Shown here: positions 18,933 to 30,183 of the stretch, piece after piece | Position numbering within the stretch: the first letter of the stretch is position 1 | Layout: every line of letters starts with the position of its first letter | From: an uncultured Chloroflexia bacterium | GTDB taxonomy: Bacteria > Chloroflexota > Limnocylindria > QHBO01 | Length of the DNA stretch: 64,000 nt | Direction of reading: 5' to 3' | NCBI GenBank assembly: GCA_963814375.1 | Contig: CAWFCQ010000004.1 | Span: 256,001-320,000, forward strand | Notes under the pieces: generated by a model | Database searches by the model: none | Told to the model about the DNA's origin: nothing | What the model saw: only the letters and a program-made list of their open reading frames with translations | Program-made: the position numbers and the translations under genes

Positions 18933-19568
18933 CTGGCAAGGGACCTCCGCATCAATGACTTGATCCGCATCCGTGAGGTCCGGGTCATCGATGATAAAGG
19001 TGAGCAGCTCGGCGTCATGGAGACTGCCCAGGCACTCGCCCTCGCTCAGGAGAAGGGGCTCGACCTCGTGGAGGTGGCGCCCACGGCCGTCCCGCCGGTC
19101 TGCCGAATCCTCGATTACGGTCAGTACAAGTACGAGCTGCAGAAGCGCGAGCGCGAACAGAAGAAGAAGCAGAAGTCGCAGTCCTTCAAGGAGGTACGTC
19201 TGGGCGTCAAGGTCGACGTCCACGATCTCCAGGTGAAGGCGCGACGCGCGGGGCAGTTCCTGGACCACGGGGATCGCGTGAAGGTCACCGTCCGCTTCCG
19301 CGGGCGCGAGATCAGCCACGCCAACCTGGGTCGTGACCTGCTCATGCGGACCGCCGAGCTCCTCGCGGAGCACGGCACCATCGAGCGCCAGCCGCTGCTC
19401 GAGGGACGCAGCATGTTCATCGTGATGGCCCCGCTCGAGAAGCGGGCCGAGAAGAAGACCGATGCCAACGGTGACGAGCCGGTGGCGGAGACCATCGGCG
19501 ACGCGATCGCCGCCAAGGCGCAGGCGCCCGAGGCGACGACCGAGGCGCCCGCACAGCAGGGACCGTAG
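18933..19568 (+). CDS. infC: Translation initiation factor IF-3 (probable CTG start)
   Basis: RINDLIRIREVRVI, LDLVEVAP, PPVCRILDYG, VKVTVRFRGRE; AAGGAG 8 nt before an in-frame CTG. Confidence 0.95.
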   Translation: MARDLRINDLIRIREVRVIDDKGEQLGVMETAQALALAQEKGLDLVEVAPTAVPPVCRILDYGQYKYELQKREREQKKKQKSQSFKEVRLGVKVDVHDLQVKARRAGQFLDHGDRVKVTVRFRGREISHANLGRDLLMRTAELLAEHGTIERQPLLEGRSMFIVMAPLEKRAEKKTDANGDEPVAETIGDAIAAKAQAPEATTEAPAQQGP

Positions 19569-19576
19569 AACCAGCC

Positions 19577-19786
19577 ATGCCGAAGATGAAGACCCACAAG
19601 GGCACGGCCAAGCGCTACAGGAAGACCGGCTCCGGGAAGTGGATCCGGCCCAAGGCCTGGCGCGGCCATCACCTCGAGATCAAGTCGAGCCGCCGCACGC
19701 GGCGCTACGCCGGCATGGCCGCCGTGTCGAGCACGCACACCGATGCGCTCGAGCGCCTCATGCCGTACGCCGGCAAGGGGAAGTAG
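19577..19786 (+). CDS. rpmI: 50S ribosomal protein L35
   Basis: MPKMKTHKGTAKRYRKTGSGK; position between infC and rplT. Confidence 0.95.
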   Translation: MPKMKTHKGTAKRYRKTGSGKWIRPKAWRGHHLEIKSSRRTRRYAGMAAVSSTHTDALERLMPYAGKGK

Positions 19787-19789
19787 CCG

Positions 19790-20149
19790 ATGGCACGCGT
19801 CAAGCGCGGCGTCACCGCCCGCCGTCGCCACAAGCGGCTCCTCAACCGCGCCGAAGGCCGTCGCGGAACACGCTCAACGCTGGTGCGTCCGGCGCGCGAA
19901 GCGCTGATCCACGCCCTCGTCTACGCGTATCGCGACCGGCGCGACCGCAAGCGCGACATGCGCCGCCTCTGGATCGAGCGCATCAACGCCGCCTCGCGCC
20001 AGCACGGGGTCCCGTACGGCCGGTTCATCGCCGGCCTGAAGCGCGCCGGCGTCGAGGTCGATCGCAAGATCCTCGCCGACATGGCGGTGCGCGAGCCGGC
20101 CGCCTTCGCGGCGATGGTCGACACCTCCAAGGCTTCCTTTACCAGCTGA
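19790..20149 (+). CDS. rplT: 50S ribosomal protein L20
   Basis: [35 protein letters not shown]. Confidence 0.97.
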   Translation: MARVKRGVTARRRHKRLLNRAEGRRGTRSTLVRPAREALIHALVYAYRDRRDRKRDMRRLWIERINAASRQHGVPYGRFIAGLKRAGVEVDRKILADMAVREPAAFAAMVDTSKASFTS

Positions 20150-20172
20150 CCGGCGGCTGACGCCGGTCCCTC

Positions 20173-20211
20173 ACGGCCCCTCCCGGAATCCGGGACGGGG
20201 TCGTTCGTTTT
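20173..20211 (+). terminator. Probable intrinsic terminator after rplT
   Basis: ACGGCCCCTCCCGGA-A-TCCGGGACGGGGTCGT hairpin followed by TCGTTTT. Confidence 0.6.
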
Positions 20212-20248
20212 CCCCGATGATTGAGCCTGAGCCAATGACGACATCCGG

Positions 20249-21331
20249 ATGAGCGACCTTCGAAGCGAGCTCGAAGCGCTGCGCGCGAGCGCGCGGGAGC
20301 GCCTCGCCGCTGCGACCGACGCGTCCGCTGTCGACGAGCTCCGCCATGCGCTCCTGGGCCGATCCGGAGAGCTGACCCGCCTGCTGAAGGGCCTCGGCAG
20401 CGTGTCGTCGGAGGAGCGCCCGGCGCTCGGGCAGCTCGCGAACACGGTGCGCGCGGAGGTGGAGGCTGCCATCGGAGCGCGGCTCGACGCCCTTCGAAGT
20501 ACGGCGCTCGATGCGCAGCTGGCGGACGAGGCGATCGACATGAGCGCCCCCGGCCGGCCGCGTCGGGTCGGGCACCTCCACCCTGTGCTGACGCTCATGC
20601 GCGACCTGCGCGAGGTCTTCCATGCCTACGGCTTCGAGGTCTTCGAGGGTCCCGAGGTCGAGACCGAGGAGTACAACTTCGAGCTTCTCAACATTCCGCC
20701 GGACCACCCGGCCCGCGACCTGTGGGACACCCTCTACGTCGCCGAGCCGGGAAGCGTCGAGGCGGGGGAGTCACGTCCGGCCAGCGACGGCACGATCCTG
20801 CGGACCCACACCTCGCCGGCCCAGATCCGAGCGATGCGCGCCCTCGATCCGCCGATCCGGGTCCTCACCCCTGGTCGCTGCTTCCGCTACGAGGCAGTCA
20901 GTGCCAGCAACGCCTTCGAGTTCCACCAGGTCGAGGGACTGGTGATCGACCGCGACACGAGCCTTGCCGATCTCAAGGGCCTGCTCGAGGAAGTGGCCCG
21001 CGCGCTCTACGGCCGCGACGTGCGCACCCGATTCAGGCCCGGCTACTACCCGTTCACCGAGCCGAGCGTCGCCTTCGACATCGGCTGCCTCGTCTGCGGC
21101 GGTGAGGGCTGCCCGGCCTGCAAGCGCAGTGGCTGGATGACGATCCTCGGCGCCGGGATGGTGCATCCGGCTGTCATTCGGGCCGGTGGCTTCGACCCGG
21201 ACGAGTTCCAGGGCTACGCGTTCGGGATGGGCCCGGATCGCATGACGATGCTGCGCCACGGCATCGGTGATATCCGGCTCCTGTTCAGCGCCGACCTGCG
21301 CTTCGTCACCCAGTTCGCCGAGGGCCGGTAG
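20249..21331 (+). CDS. pheS: Phenylalanine--tRNA ligase alpha subunit
   Basis: GHLHP, HPARD, LRTHTS, FHQVEG, YYPFTEPS, GAGMVHP, AFGMG. Confidence 0.97.
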   Translation: MSDLRSELEALRASARERLAAATDASAVDELRHALLGRSGELTRLLKGLGSVSSEERPALGQLANTVRAEVEAAIGARLDALRSTALDAQLADEAIDMSAPGRPRRVGHLHPVLTLMRDLREVFHAYGFEVFEGPEVETEEYNFELLNIPPDHPARDLWDTLYVAEPGSVEAGESRPASDGTILRTHTSPAQIRAMRALDPPIRVLTPGRCFRYEAVSASNAFEFHQVEGLVIDRDTSLADLKGLLEEVARALYGRDVRTRFRPGYYPFTEPSVAFDIGCLVCGGEGCPACKRSGWMTILGAGMVHPAVIRAGGFDPDEFQGYAFGMGPDRMTMLRHGIGDIRLLFSADLRFVTQFAEGR

Positions 21332-21332
21332 C

Positions 21333-23777
21333 GTGCGCGTCCCGCTCTCGTGGCTCCGCGACTACGTCGAGGTCGAGATGTCGCCGCGCGAGCTCGCCGA
21401 TGAGCTGACCATGCGCGGGATGGAGGTCAGCGCGATCGAGCTGGCCGGCGGCGATTGGACCGACGTGGTCGTCGGGCGGCTGCTCGAGGTGACCCGCCAC
21501 CCGAATGCCGACACCCTGTGGCTGACGCGCGTCGACGTCGGACCCGCCGGCGGTGAGCTCGCCATCGTGTGCGGTGCTCAGAACCTGGAGGTCGGCCAGC
21601 TCGTGCCGACGGCGCTGGTCGGGGCCGTGCTGCCCGGCGACCGGCGCATCGAGCGCAGCAAGATCCGCGGCGAGGTGAGCCACGGCATGCTGTGCAGCGC
21701 GATCGAGCTCGGGCTGGGCGATGACGCCGACGGCATCCACATCCTCGGCCACGGCGACGATCTGCCGATCGGCCAGCCGGTCGCCGAGGTGGTCGGCGAC
21801 GTCGTGCTCGACGTCGACGTCAAGCCGAACCGCGGCGACGCCCTCAGCATGGTCGGGCTGGCGCGCGAGATCGCCGCCTTCAGCGGAGGAGAGCTGCGTC
21901 TGCCCGACATCGGCGTGGGCGAATCGGAGGAGGCGACCGACGCGCACGTCAGGGTGCGCATCGAGGAGCCGGAGCTCAACCCGCGCTTTGCCGCACGCTG
22001 GTTCGACGCGGTCAGCAACGGCCCGTCTCCGGAGTGGATGCAGCGCCGGCTGACGGCCGCCGGGATGCGGCCGATCAGCGCGATCGTCGACGTCACCAAC
22101 TACGTGATGCACGAGCTCGGGCAGCCGATGCACGCCTACGACGCCGATGCGGTCCCGGGCGGTGAGATCGTCGTGCGCCGAGGCCGCCCGGGCGAGCGGC
22201 TGACGACGATCGACCACGTCGAGCGCGAGCTCGACGACCGGATGCTGGTCATCGCCGACCGCGATCACGCGATCGGCCTGGCCGGGATCATGGGCGGGGC
22301 GTCGACCGAGGTGACCGAGGCCACCACGCAGGTGATTCTCGAGTCCGCGATCTTCCACGGACCCACGATTCGGAACACGTCCCGCCGGCTCGGGCTGCGC
22401 TCGGAGGCGAGCATGCGCCACGAGAAGGGCATCGGGGCCGATCTGCCCCGGATGGCGGCGGACCGCGCGGCCCGCCTCATCGCCGAGATCACCGGCGCCC
22501 GTGTCGGGCGCGGGATCGTCGACAACGATCCGGAGCCGAAGGAGCGCCGCCGCGTGGCGGTGGAGGTCCCGCGCATGGAGCGGCTGCTCGGCATCGGGCT
22601 CGATGCGGCGCGCGTGCGAACCCTCCTCGAGCCCCTCGAGTTCAGCGTCACCGGAGACGGGGCAAGCCTGGACGTGCTCGTTCCCGGTCACCGGCTCGAC
22701 GTGACGGAGGCGGCCGACGTGGCGGAGGAGGTCGCCCGCGCCCACGGATACGAGCGAATCGAGGGGCGCCTGCCATCAGCCGACCTGCCGCCTTATCGCC
22801 TCGACCCGAGCGAGCCACGCCACCAGGTGCGGCGCATCCTGGCCGGCATCGGCCTCGACGAGGTCGTGAGCCACGCCCTGATCGGCCCGACCGACCTCGA
22901 GCGCGTGGGCCGCGACCCGGACGATCCGACGCTGATCCGGATCCACAACCCGCTCAGCCCGGCACACGCGATCCTGCGGCCAAGCCTCACGCCGTCGCTC
23001 CTGGGGGGTCTGGCCGAGAACGCGCGGCAGCGGCGGCCGGACGCCTGGATCTTCGAGGTGGGCAAGGTGTACGTCCATCACCCCGACGGCCCATCACCTC
23101 GCGACCGGCGCTCCGAAACGGCGGGCACCGGGCGCTACGAGTCGTGGGAGCTCGGCATCGCGCTGACCGGCAACGCCGTTCCGCCGACGCCGGACGCTCC
23201 GGGCGATGCCGCCAGCGTGGCCCAGCTGAAGGGCGTCGTGGACGCACTGCACGACGCCCTCGGTGTGCCTCGGCCGTCCTACCGCGCGGAGGAGCCGGCC
23301 ACGGCCCACCGGCACCGGCATCCGGGCCGCACCGGCCTGCTGACGGACCACGGCGGACGTACCTACGGCTCTCTCGGCGAGGTGCACCCGCGCGTCGTCG
23401 AGGCATGGGGTCTGGCTGGTCGCCCGGTGGACGCGTCGATCGACCTCGGCTGGCTTCTCGGCCTCGTTCCGGAGGAGCGGCGCTCCGAACCGGTGCCCGG
23501 CGCGCAGCCGGTGGACCGCGACCTGGCGGTGGTGGTCGACGAGAGCACGCCGCTCGGCGAGGTGCTGAGGATCGCCCGGATGAGTGCCGGTCCCCTCGTG
23601 ACCGAGGTTCGCCTCTTCGACACCTACCGGGGCGAGCAGATCGGTCCTGGACGAGTCAGCCATGCCATCTCGTTCCGATTCCAGCCCGTCGAGGCGGGTG
23701 ACGAGAAGGCGGTCGAGAAGGCGCTGAACCGGATCCGCGGCTCGCTCAAGCATCATCTCGGGGCGGAGATCCGCTAG
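21333..23777 (+). CDS. pheT: Phenylalanine--tRNA ligase beta subunit
   Basis: VPLSWL, HPNAD, IVCGAQN, PNRGDALS, VDVTNYVMHELGQPMHAYD, C-terminal RDLAVVV anticodon-binding domain. Confidence 0.97.
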   Translation: MRVPLSWLRDYVEVEMSPRELADELTMRGMEVSAIELAGGDWTDVVVGRLLEVTRHPNADTLWLTRVDVGPAGGELAIVCGAQNLEVGQLVPTALVGAVLPGDRRIERSKIRGEVSHGMLCSAIELGLGDDADGIHILGHGDDLPIGQPVAEVVGDVVLDVDVKPNRGDALSMVGLAREIAAFSGGELRLPDIGVGESEEATDAHVRVRIEEPELNPRFAARWFDAVSNGPSPEWMQRRLTAAGMRPISAIVDVTNYVMHELGQPMHAYDADAVPGGEIVVRRGRPGERLTTIDHVERELDDRMLVIADRDHAIGLAGIMGGASTEVTEATTQVILESAIFHGPTIRNTSRRLGLRSEASMRHEKGIGADLPRMAADRAARLIAEITGARVGRGIVDNDPEPKERRRVAVEVPRMERLLGIGLDAARVRTLLEPLEFSVTGDGASLDVLVPGHRLDVTEAADVAEEVARAHGYERIEGRLPSADLPPYRLDPSEPRHQVRRILAGIGLDEVVSHALIGPTDLERVGRDPDDPTLIRIHNPLSPAHAILRPSLTPSLLGGLAENARQRRPDAWIFEVGKVYVHHPDGPSPRDRRSETAGTGRYESWELGIALTGNAVPPTPDAPGDAASVAQLKGVVDALHDALGVPRPSYRAEEPATAHRHRHPGRTGLLTDHGGRTYGSLGEVHPRVVEAWGLAGRPVDASIDLGWLLGLVPEERRSEPVPGAQPVDRDLAVVVDESTPLGEVLRIARMSAGPLVTEVRLFDTYRGEQIGPGRVSHAISFRFQPVEAGDEKAVEKALNRIRGSLKHHLGAEIR

Positions 23778-23882
23778 CCCATTCGTTCGTATTGCGCCGT
23801 TGCCGGCGGCTGGTACCCTTGCCGCCGCCCAAGCGCGGACGCGCGGCCGGCCCAGGTGATTCATCGAGGAGGTTGACGAGGC

Positions 23883-24434
23883 GTGGAGCTGCTCTCTCAG
23901 CTGAGCTGGGTTGACCTGGCGATCATCGCGGCGCTGGCGGGAGGCGTCTTTGCCGGCTTCACGCAGGGCATGATCCGCTACGTCCTGAACGCCATCGCCG
24001 TGATCGTGGCGTTCATCCTCGCCTCGCAGCTCACGGAGCCGCTCCTCGACCTGCTCAGCTTCTGGGACGCCTTCACCCCCGAAGGCCGCGAGCTGCTGGT
24101 CTTCTGGCTGCTCTTCTTCGGCTTCGTGATCGCCGGCTTTTTCGTGATCCGCGCCGTCTACCACCGCACCCGCCTGCCGATCGTGAAGCAGCTCGACGAG
24201 CTGGGCGGCGCGATCTTCGGCCTCATCTTCGTCGGCCTGATCATCTGCCTCCAGATCGTGGTGCTCGACAGCTTCTTCCTCACCGGCGGCGAGACCGGTG
24301 GCTGGGTGGCGGCCTACTACGACGCGCTCAACGACTCCCTGATCGTGACCTTCCTCCGCGAGTCGGTGATTCCGACCATTGGCGTCATCATCAGCCCATT
24401 CGTGCCGGAAGAGATCGCCAGCCTCTTCTCATGA
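23883..24434 (+). CDS. cvpA: CvpA family membrane protein
   Basis: WVDLAII..GFTQGMIR, LDELGGAIFG; GGAGG SD; typical position before mutS2. Confidence 0.8.
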   Translation: MELLSQLSWVDLAIIAALAGGVFAGFTQGMIRYVLNAIAVIVAFILASQLTEPLLDLLSFWDAFTPEGRELLVFWLLFFGFVIAGFFVIRAVYHRTRLPIVKQLDELGGAIFGLIFVGLIICLQIVVLDSFFLTGGETGGWVAAYYDALNDSLIVTFLRESVIPTIGVIISPFVPEEIASLFS

Positions 24435-25043
24435 CCGCGCCGGCGGCTCCTCGGTCGACGGAACATCCCCGCACGTGGTTCGACCGGCCCCGCCGAGCGC
24501 CTCGCTCGCGACCTGCTCGGTTGCCGTCTTGTCCATGACTCGATGGAGGGGGCGGTCGGCGGCCGCATCGTGGAGGTCGAGGCCTATCGTGGGCCGGAGG
24601 ACCTCGCCGCCCACTCGGCCCGCGGCCGCACGGCGCGCAACGCGGTGATGTTCGGGCCGCCAGGGCACCTGTACGTTTACCTGATCTACGGGCTGCACCA
24701 TTGCCTCAACGTCGTTGCCGGTCCCGACACGAAGCCGGAGGCCGTCCTCATCCGTGCGCTGGCACTGGACGAAGGCCTCGACCTGGCGCGGCGTCGTCGT
24801 GGCGTCGCCGTGCCGGACCGGCGCCTGGCGTCGGGGCCGGGCAACGTCGGCCGCGCGCTCGGCGTCGATCGAACGCTGAACGGGATCGACCTGCTGGACG
24901 GCCCGGTACGCGTCGAGCCACGAGACGCCGCCGCTCCGCGGGTGAGCCGCGGGCCGCGCATCGGCGTCGCCTACGCCGGTCCCTGGGCCCGGCGTCCGCT
25001 TCGCTTCTGGGTGACCGATGACCCCCACATCTCGCGCCGCTGA
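24431..25043 (+). CDS. mpg: DNA-3-methyladenine glycosylase (+1 frameshift in the C-run at ~24489)
   Basis: WFDRP/AERLARDLLG, GRIVEVEAY, MFGPPGHLYVYLIYGLHHCLN, GPRIGV. Confidence 0.92.
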
Positions 25044-27444
25044 CCGGGCGGCGGGAGCCGCGGCCGATGCCGGAACGCTGCGCGCGCTCGAGTTCCCGGC
25101 GATCGTCGAGCAGCTCGCCGCCCACACCGGCTTCGAGCCCTCGCGCGAGCTGGCGCTCGCGTCGGTTCCGTCGGGCGACGCAATTCACGTCGGGCTTCTC
25201 CAGGATCAGACCGATGAGGCCGCCCGCCTTCTCGCCGATCAGGCCCAGGCCAGCATCGGCGGCGCGCGCGACATCCGTGAGGCACTCGAGCGAGCCCGGC
25301 GGGGAGGGCGGCTGACGCCCGCCGAGCTGCTCGAGATCGGCGACACCCTCGTCGCCGGCCGGCGGTTCGCCGATCGGCTCCAGGCCTGGCGCGGTGACCA
25401 CCTCCGAGCAGTGCGTGACGCGATCGACCCGGCGCCCGAGCTTGCGGAGCGGATCTCGCGCAGCATCGACGAGGCGGGGGAGCTGCTCGACACGGCTTCG
25501 GCCGAGCTGGCCAGCATCCGGAAGCGGCTCCGGACCGCCCAGGACCGGGTCCGCGAACGCCTGAACGCCATGCTGCGCTCGTCGCAGCTCGCCGGCGTCA
25601 TCGGCGAGCCGATCGTGACCGTCCGTGCGGGCCGCTACGTCATCCCGATCCGGGCCGAGGCGAAGGGCCGGCTCAAGGGAATCGTCCACGACCAGAGCGC
25701 GTCGGGCGCGACCCTCTTCGTCGAGCCGCTGACCGTTGTCGAGCTCAACAACGCCTGGACCGAGGCGACCCTCGCCGAGGCGCGCGAGCGTGATCGGATC
25801 CTGGACGAGCTGTCGCGCGAGGTCGAGGCTCGGGTCGAGTCACTCCGCGACGGCGTTGACGCGCTGGCCAGGGCTGACCTGTGGATGGCGCGTGCGCGGC
25901 TCGGCATCGAGATGGACGGTGTTCGGCCAGAGGTGTCGGCCGACGCGGCCGAGCTCCTCTCGGCGCGCCACCCGCTGCTCGGTGACGCCGCCGTGGCGAT
26001 CGACCTGCGCATCGGCGATCGATTCGGCTACCGAGCCCTGGTGGTCACGGGGCCGAACACCGGTGGGAAGACGGTCTCCCTCAAGACGCTCGGGCTGCTG
26101 GCGCTCATGCACCAGGCGGGGTTGCGCGTACCGGCCGCGGACGGAGCGCGCCTGCCGGTCTTCCGCGCGGTCATGGCCGACATCGGCGACGAGCAGAGCA
26201 TCGCCCAGTCGCTCTCCACGTTCTCGAGCCACCTGCGCAACGTGGTCCGCTTCGTCGAGGCGGCGGGGCCGGAGACGCTCGTTCTGCTCGACGAGGTCGG
26301 GGCCGGGACCGATCCTGCCGAAGGATCCGCCCTCGCCATGGCGATCGTCGCGCAGCTGCTCGAGGCGGGCGCCACGGTGGCGGCGACCACGCACTACGCC
26401 GAGCTCAAGGCGTTTGCGACCGAGCATCCCGGGGTCACGAACGCCGCCGTCGAGTTCGACGTCGCCACGCTTCGGCCGACCTACCACCTGACCATCGGCC
26501 TGCCGGGCAAGAGCCAGGCATTCGCCATCGCCGAGCGGCTCGGCCTGCCGCCGCCGATCCTCGCCGATGCGCGCGCCAGGATCTCGGCGGATCACGCCAG
26601 CATGGAGGAGACGCTCGCGGCCATCGCGCGGGCGCAGGACGCCCAATCGGCGGCGCTTGCGGAGGCCGAGGCGCAGCTGGCGGCCGCGCAGGCCGAGCGT
26701 GAGCGCGCCGAGACCGGCGTGGCGATCGCCCGAAAGGAGGCCGGCGAGATGCTGGCCGATGCACGCCGCGGCGCCGACGACCTCGTGGCCCGTGCCGAGC
26801 GAGAGGTCGCGGAGATCCGTCGCGAGCTGACACGCCAGCGGAACCTCGGCCGAGGCAAAGGGTCACCGCAGGCAACGGCCTTCGACGAGATGACGCGGCG
26901 GGCGGCCCGGACCCGGAGCGAAGTGACCGCTCCGCCACAGGCAGCGGAGGTGGCGGAAGCGGCCGAGGACTCGCCGGCGGACGGGCCGCAGCCGCGGGTC
27001 GGGCTCTTCGGGCGGTCACGCACGCTGGGGAGCATCGGCCGCATCGTCGACATCAGCGGGCGGACCGGCCGGGTCACGCTCGAGACCGAGGGCGCGCGCC
27101 TGGTGGTGCCGGCCGACGACGTCGAGGTCGTGCCGGAGCCGATCAGCGGGCCGACGCCCCGCGACCGCGAGGCGGAGGAGATGCGGCGTCGCGCAGCCGA
27201 GCGCGTCTCGACCTCGATCGACCTGCACGGCGAGCGTGTCGAGGCAGCCCTGGAGCGGTTGGCCGCCTACCTCGACGACGCGTTGCTCGCGGGCCTCGAC
27301 AGCGTCGTCATCGTTCACGGCATCGGCACGGGCGCGTTGCGCCGGGCGGTCAGGGACGCGCTGCGGGAGCATCCCCGCGTCCGAGGCTTCCGCGGCGGCC
27401 GCAAGGACGAGGGCGGAGAGGGCGCCACTGTCGCCGAGCTCTAG
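25018..27444 (+). CDS. mutS2: Endonuclease MutS2
   Basis: HDQSASGATLFVEP, TGPNTGGKT, QSLSTFSSH, LLDEVGAGTDP, C-terminal Smr IDLHG...IVHGIGTG. Confidence 0.96.
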   Translation: MTPTSRAADRAAGAAADAGTLRALEFPAIVEQLAAHTGFEPSRELALASVPSGDAIHVGLLQDQTDEAARLLADQAQASIGGARDIREALERARRGGRLTPAELLEIGDTLVAGRRFADRLQAWRGDHLRAVRDAIDPAPELAERISRSIDEAGELLDTASAELASIRKRLRTAQDRVRERLNAMLRSSQLAGVIGEPIVTVRAGRYVIPIRAEAKGRLKGIVHDQSASGATLFVEPLTVVELNNAWTEATLAEARERDRILDELSREVEARVESLRDGVDALARADLWMARARLGIEMDGVRPEVSADAAELLSARHPLLGDAAVAIDLRIGDRFGYRALVVTGPNTGGKTVSLKTLGLLALMHQAGLRVPAADGARLPVFRAVMADIGDEQSIAQSLSTFSSHLRNVVRFVEAAGPETLVLLDEVGAGTDPAEGSALAMAIVAQLLEAGATVAATTHYAELKAFATEHPGVTNAAVEFDVATLRPTYHLTIGLPGKSQAFAIAERLGLPPPILADARARISADHASMEETLAAIARAQDAQSAALAEAEAQLAAAQAERERAETGVAIARKEAGEMLADARRGADDLVARAEREVAEIRRELTRQRNLGRGKGSPQATAFDEMTRRAARTRSEVTAPPQAAEVAEAAEDSPADGPQPRVGLFGRSRTLGSIGRIVDISGRTGRVTLETEGARLVVPADDVEVVPEPISGPTPRDREAEEMRRRAAERVSTSIDLHGERVEAALERLAAYLDDALLAGLDSVVIVHGIGTGALRRAVRDALREHPRVRGFRGGRKDEGGEGATVAEL

Positions 27445-30183
27445 GGCGGTTCGGCGCTCGGTGACGGGCTGATCGACGGGGTCGGCAGGACCGGCGTCTC
27501 GGCCGGAGTCGGCGACGGAGTGGGCGTCGGCGACGGCGTGGGCGTCGGCGATGGGGTGGGCGTCGGCGACGGCGTCGGCGTCGATGTCGGGACCTCGCCC
27601 GGCGTGCACTCCTCGGTGGGCGCGAACGGCGCATCAACCGGGCCGGGGAACGGCACGCGGATCGTGCCATTCAGCTCGTCCTCGCGGCCGGCCCACTCCT
27701 CGAGCCAGGCGCGGTTCGAGGCGGCCCAGGCCGGGTGGTCCGACTCCCAGTCGTTGAGGTCGAGGAACAGACGCATGTCCGCCACCGGCGGCGGCGGCTC
27801 GGCCGATGGATCGGGAGAGCCCGACGGCGCGGCGGGCTCGAAGTCGCCGCATCCCTCCTGCCAGATCTTGCCCGTCTCGGCCTCGATGGCGAGCTCGCGA
27901 TGCGTCGTGTCCTGCTGGTTCGGCGCACGGTCCGACCGGACGATCTCGGTGACGGTGGTCTCGGTCAGCTCACCGGGGAGCATGCCGCTCATGGCGTCGA
28001 TGGTCACCTCGACCACCCCGTCGGGCTGCCGGAAGTCGAAGACGGGCAGCTCGTTGAGCGCGGTGACCTCGGCCATGTAGTCGTGCCAGATGAACGTCGG
28101 GCCATCGGCCGCGAAGACGTCCTGGATGGGGCTGAAGTCGCTGTTGCCGACCCACACCCCGGTCACGATCGCGCCGGTCGGGTCGTCCGGGTCGTCGGGG
28201 TTGCCGGCCAGGAAGCCGAACGCCTGGAGGTCGCGGAAGTCGTTCGTCGTCCCGGTCTTCAGCGTTGCCGGCCGCCGTCCAGTCTCGGTCTGGAGCTGGA
28301 AGCGCGGACCCCACAGCGGGTTGGTGGCCGGATCGGTGTTGTCGGCCAGGATGTCGGTCACCAGGTAGGCCGATGCCTCCGAGAGCACCTGCTCCGCGTC
28401 ATCGGCGTCGGTGGCGTGGTCGTAGATGACGTTGCCGTCGGCATCCTCGATGCGCTCGATGAGGTACGGCTCCTGGAGCTCCCCGCCATTGGCCATCGCG
28501 CCGTAGGCGCCGGCAAGGTCAAGCTGGTGGATGCCGAGCGTTCCCAGCGTCAGCGACGGGACGGCATGCTCGTCGTTATGAAGCGGGTCGAACTCCAGAC
28601 CCAGCCGCTCGGCCATCGCCACGACGTTCTCGGAGCCGATGAGCTGCTGGGCCTTGCTGACCGGGACGTTGAGCGAGTACTTCAAGGCGTCGCGCACCCT
28701 GACCGGGCCGCGCTGCTTGTTGTCGGCGTTCGGCGGGTCGAAGCCCTCGGCGATGTCGGTGCGCACGTCCATGAACATCGTCGCCGGACTGATGACGCCG
28801 GACTCGAAGCCGGTGACGTAGGTGATCGGCTTGAAGGCGGATCCCGACTGGCGATACGCCTGGCCGATGACGTCGAAGTTCGGCTGGTGCTCCGGAGTCG
28901 TCTCGCCGTAGAAGTTGGCGCTGCCGACGTACGCCAGCACGGCGCCGGTGCGGTAGTTCACGGTCACGATCGCGTCGTTGTTGATGTTCCGGCCCTGGAG
29001 CTGGCGGATCCACGAGATGGCCTGGTCGCCGTACGTCGCGATCAGCTCCTCCTCGCTCAGCCGGTCGAGGTCGTAGGCGATCCGCGCCCACTTTTCGGCG
29101 CTGACCTGGTAGCCCTCGTAGTCGAGGGTGGTGATGATCCGCAGGCCGCCGGTGTCGAGCGCGCTCTCCCCGTCGAGCAGCTCGCTCGCCTCGCGACGCA
29201 CGGCGTAGACGAAGTGCGGCGCGAGATAGCTGAGGTCGCGCGGCGGCGCCAGGACGACCTGCTCGCGAAGCGCTTCGGCGTGCTCGGCCTCGGTGATGAA
29301 CCCCGATTCGAGCATCTGGTCGAGCACGATGTCGCGTACCACGATCGCCTGGGAGGTCTCGGGCACGACGTAGACGGTCTGGCCATCGATCTCGCGTCTG
29401 GACCGCCTCCGGCGTCGGGTCGAGCCGCGAGGGCGCACGGACGAGCCCGGCCATCATCGCGGCCTCGCTGACGGTCAGCTGGTCCTCGGGCGCATCGGAG
29501 GTGAGGTCCTTGCCGAAGTAGGCGTTGGCCGCCGCCCACACGCCGTAGGCATTGTTGCCGTAGTAGACCTGGTTCAGGTACATCTCGGCGATGCGTTCCT
29601 TGCCCTCGGTCCCCGGATAGCGGTCGTCGAGGCGCAGGGCGAGGATCGCCTCCTTCATCTTGCGCTCGACCTGGCGGCTCGGATCGGCCAGAAGGTCGGC
29701 GTCGAAGAGGCGCATCCGGACGAGCTGCTGGCAGATCGTCGACGCGCCCGACACCGTCTCACCGGCCTGGAAGTTCTGGAGCACGGCGCGGACGATGCTG
29801 CGGAAGTCGACGCACGGGTTCGACCAGAAGGTCTGGTCCTCGGCGGCGATCTGCGCGTCGACCATGACCTCCGGGATCTCCTCGAAGTCCATCTCGCGCC
29901 GGTCCTCGATCGCGAAGGTGGCGAGCTCGGTGCCGTCCGCGGAGAGGACGGTCGACGCCTCGATCAGGTCGAACTCCTCGATCTGGGCCACGTCCGGCAG
30001 GTCGCTGGTGAAGGCGGAGTACGCGCTGAGGATGGCGCCGAAGAGGCCGATGGCGACCAGCCCGAAGACGGCGAGGATGATGCGCGGGAGCGCGGTCGAG
30101 CCTGGGCGGCGGCGCGGATCGGTGCCCCTGGCTCCACGGCGCGGTGCAGGACTCCGGCCCGGCGTTGGCGATCGTCGGGTCAT
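27441..30183 (-). CDS. Class A penicillin-binding protein (transglycosylase-transpeptidase; +1 frameshift at ~29394)
   Basis: AAEDQTFW, GASTICQQL, RKMKE, YLNQVYYG; SGSAFKP (SxxK), YSLN, KTGTT; Pro-Thr-rich tail. Confidence 0.92.

Noticed and set aside
20150-20248. T-box riboswitch before pheS (also checked thrS and tyrS)
   Set aside because: Only a terminator-like hairpin; no T-box consensus or room for stem I; thrS and tyrS appear leaderless
27505-27585. Tandem GGCGTCGGCGACGG-type repeats (also ~3190-3275 and ~61100-61195)
   Set aside because: Encode Pro-Thr/Ser linkers within proteins, not independent DNA repeats
15034-30183. paaC, mpg and the PBP as true pseudogenes or programmed frameshifts
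   Set aside because: No slippery heptamers seen; the uniform +1 pattern across unrelated genes points to sequencing error
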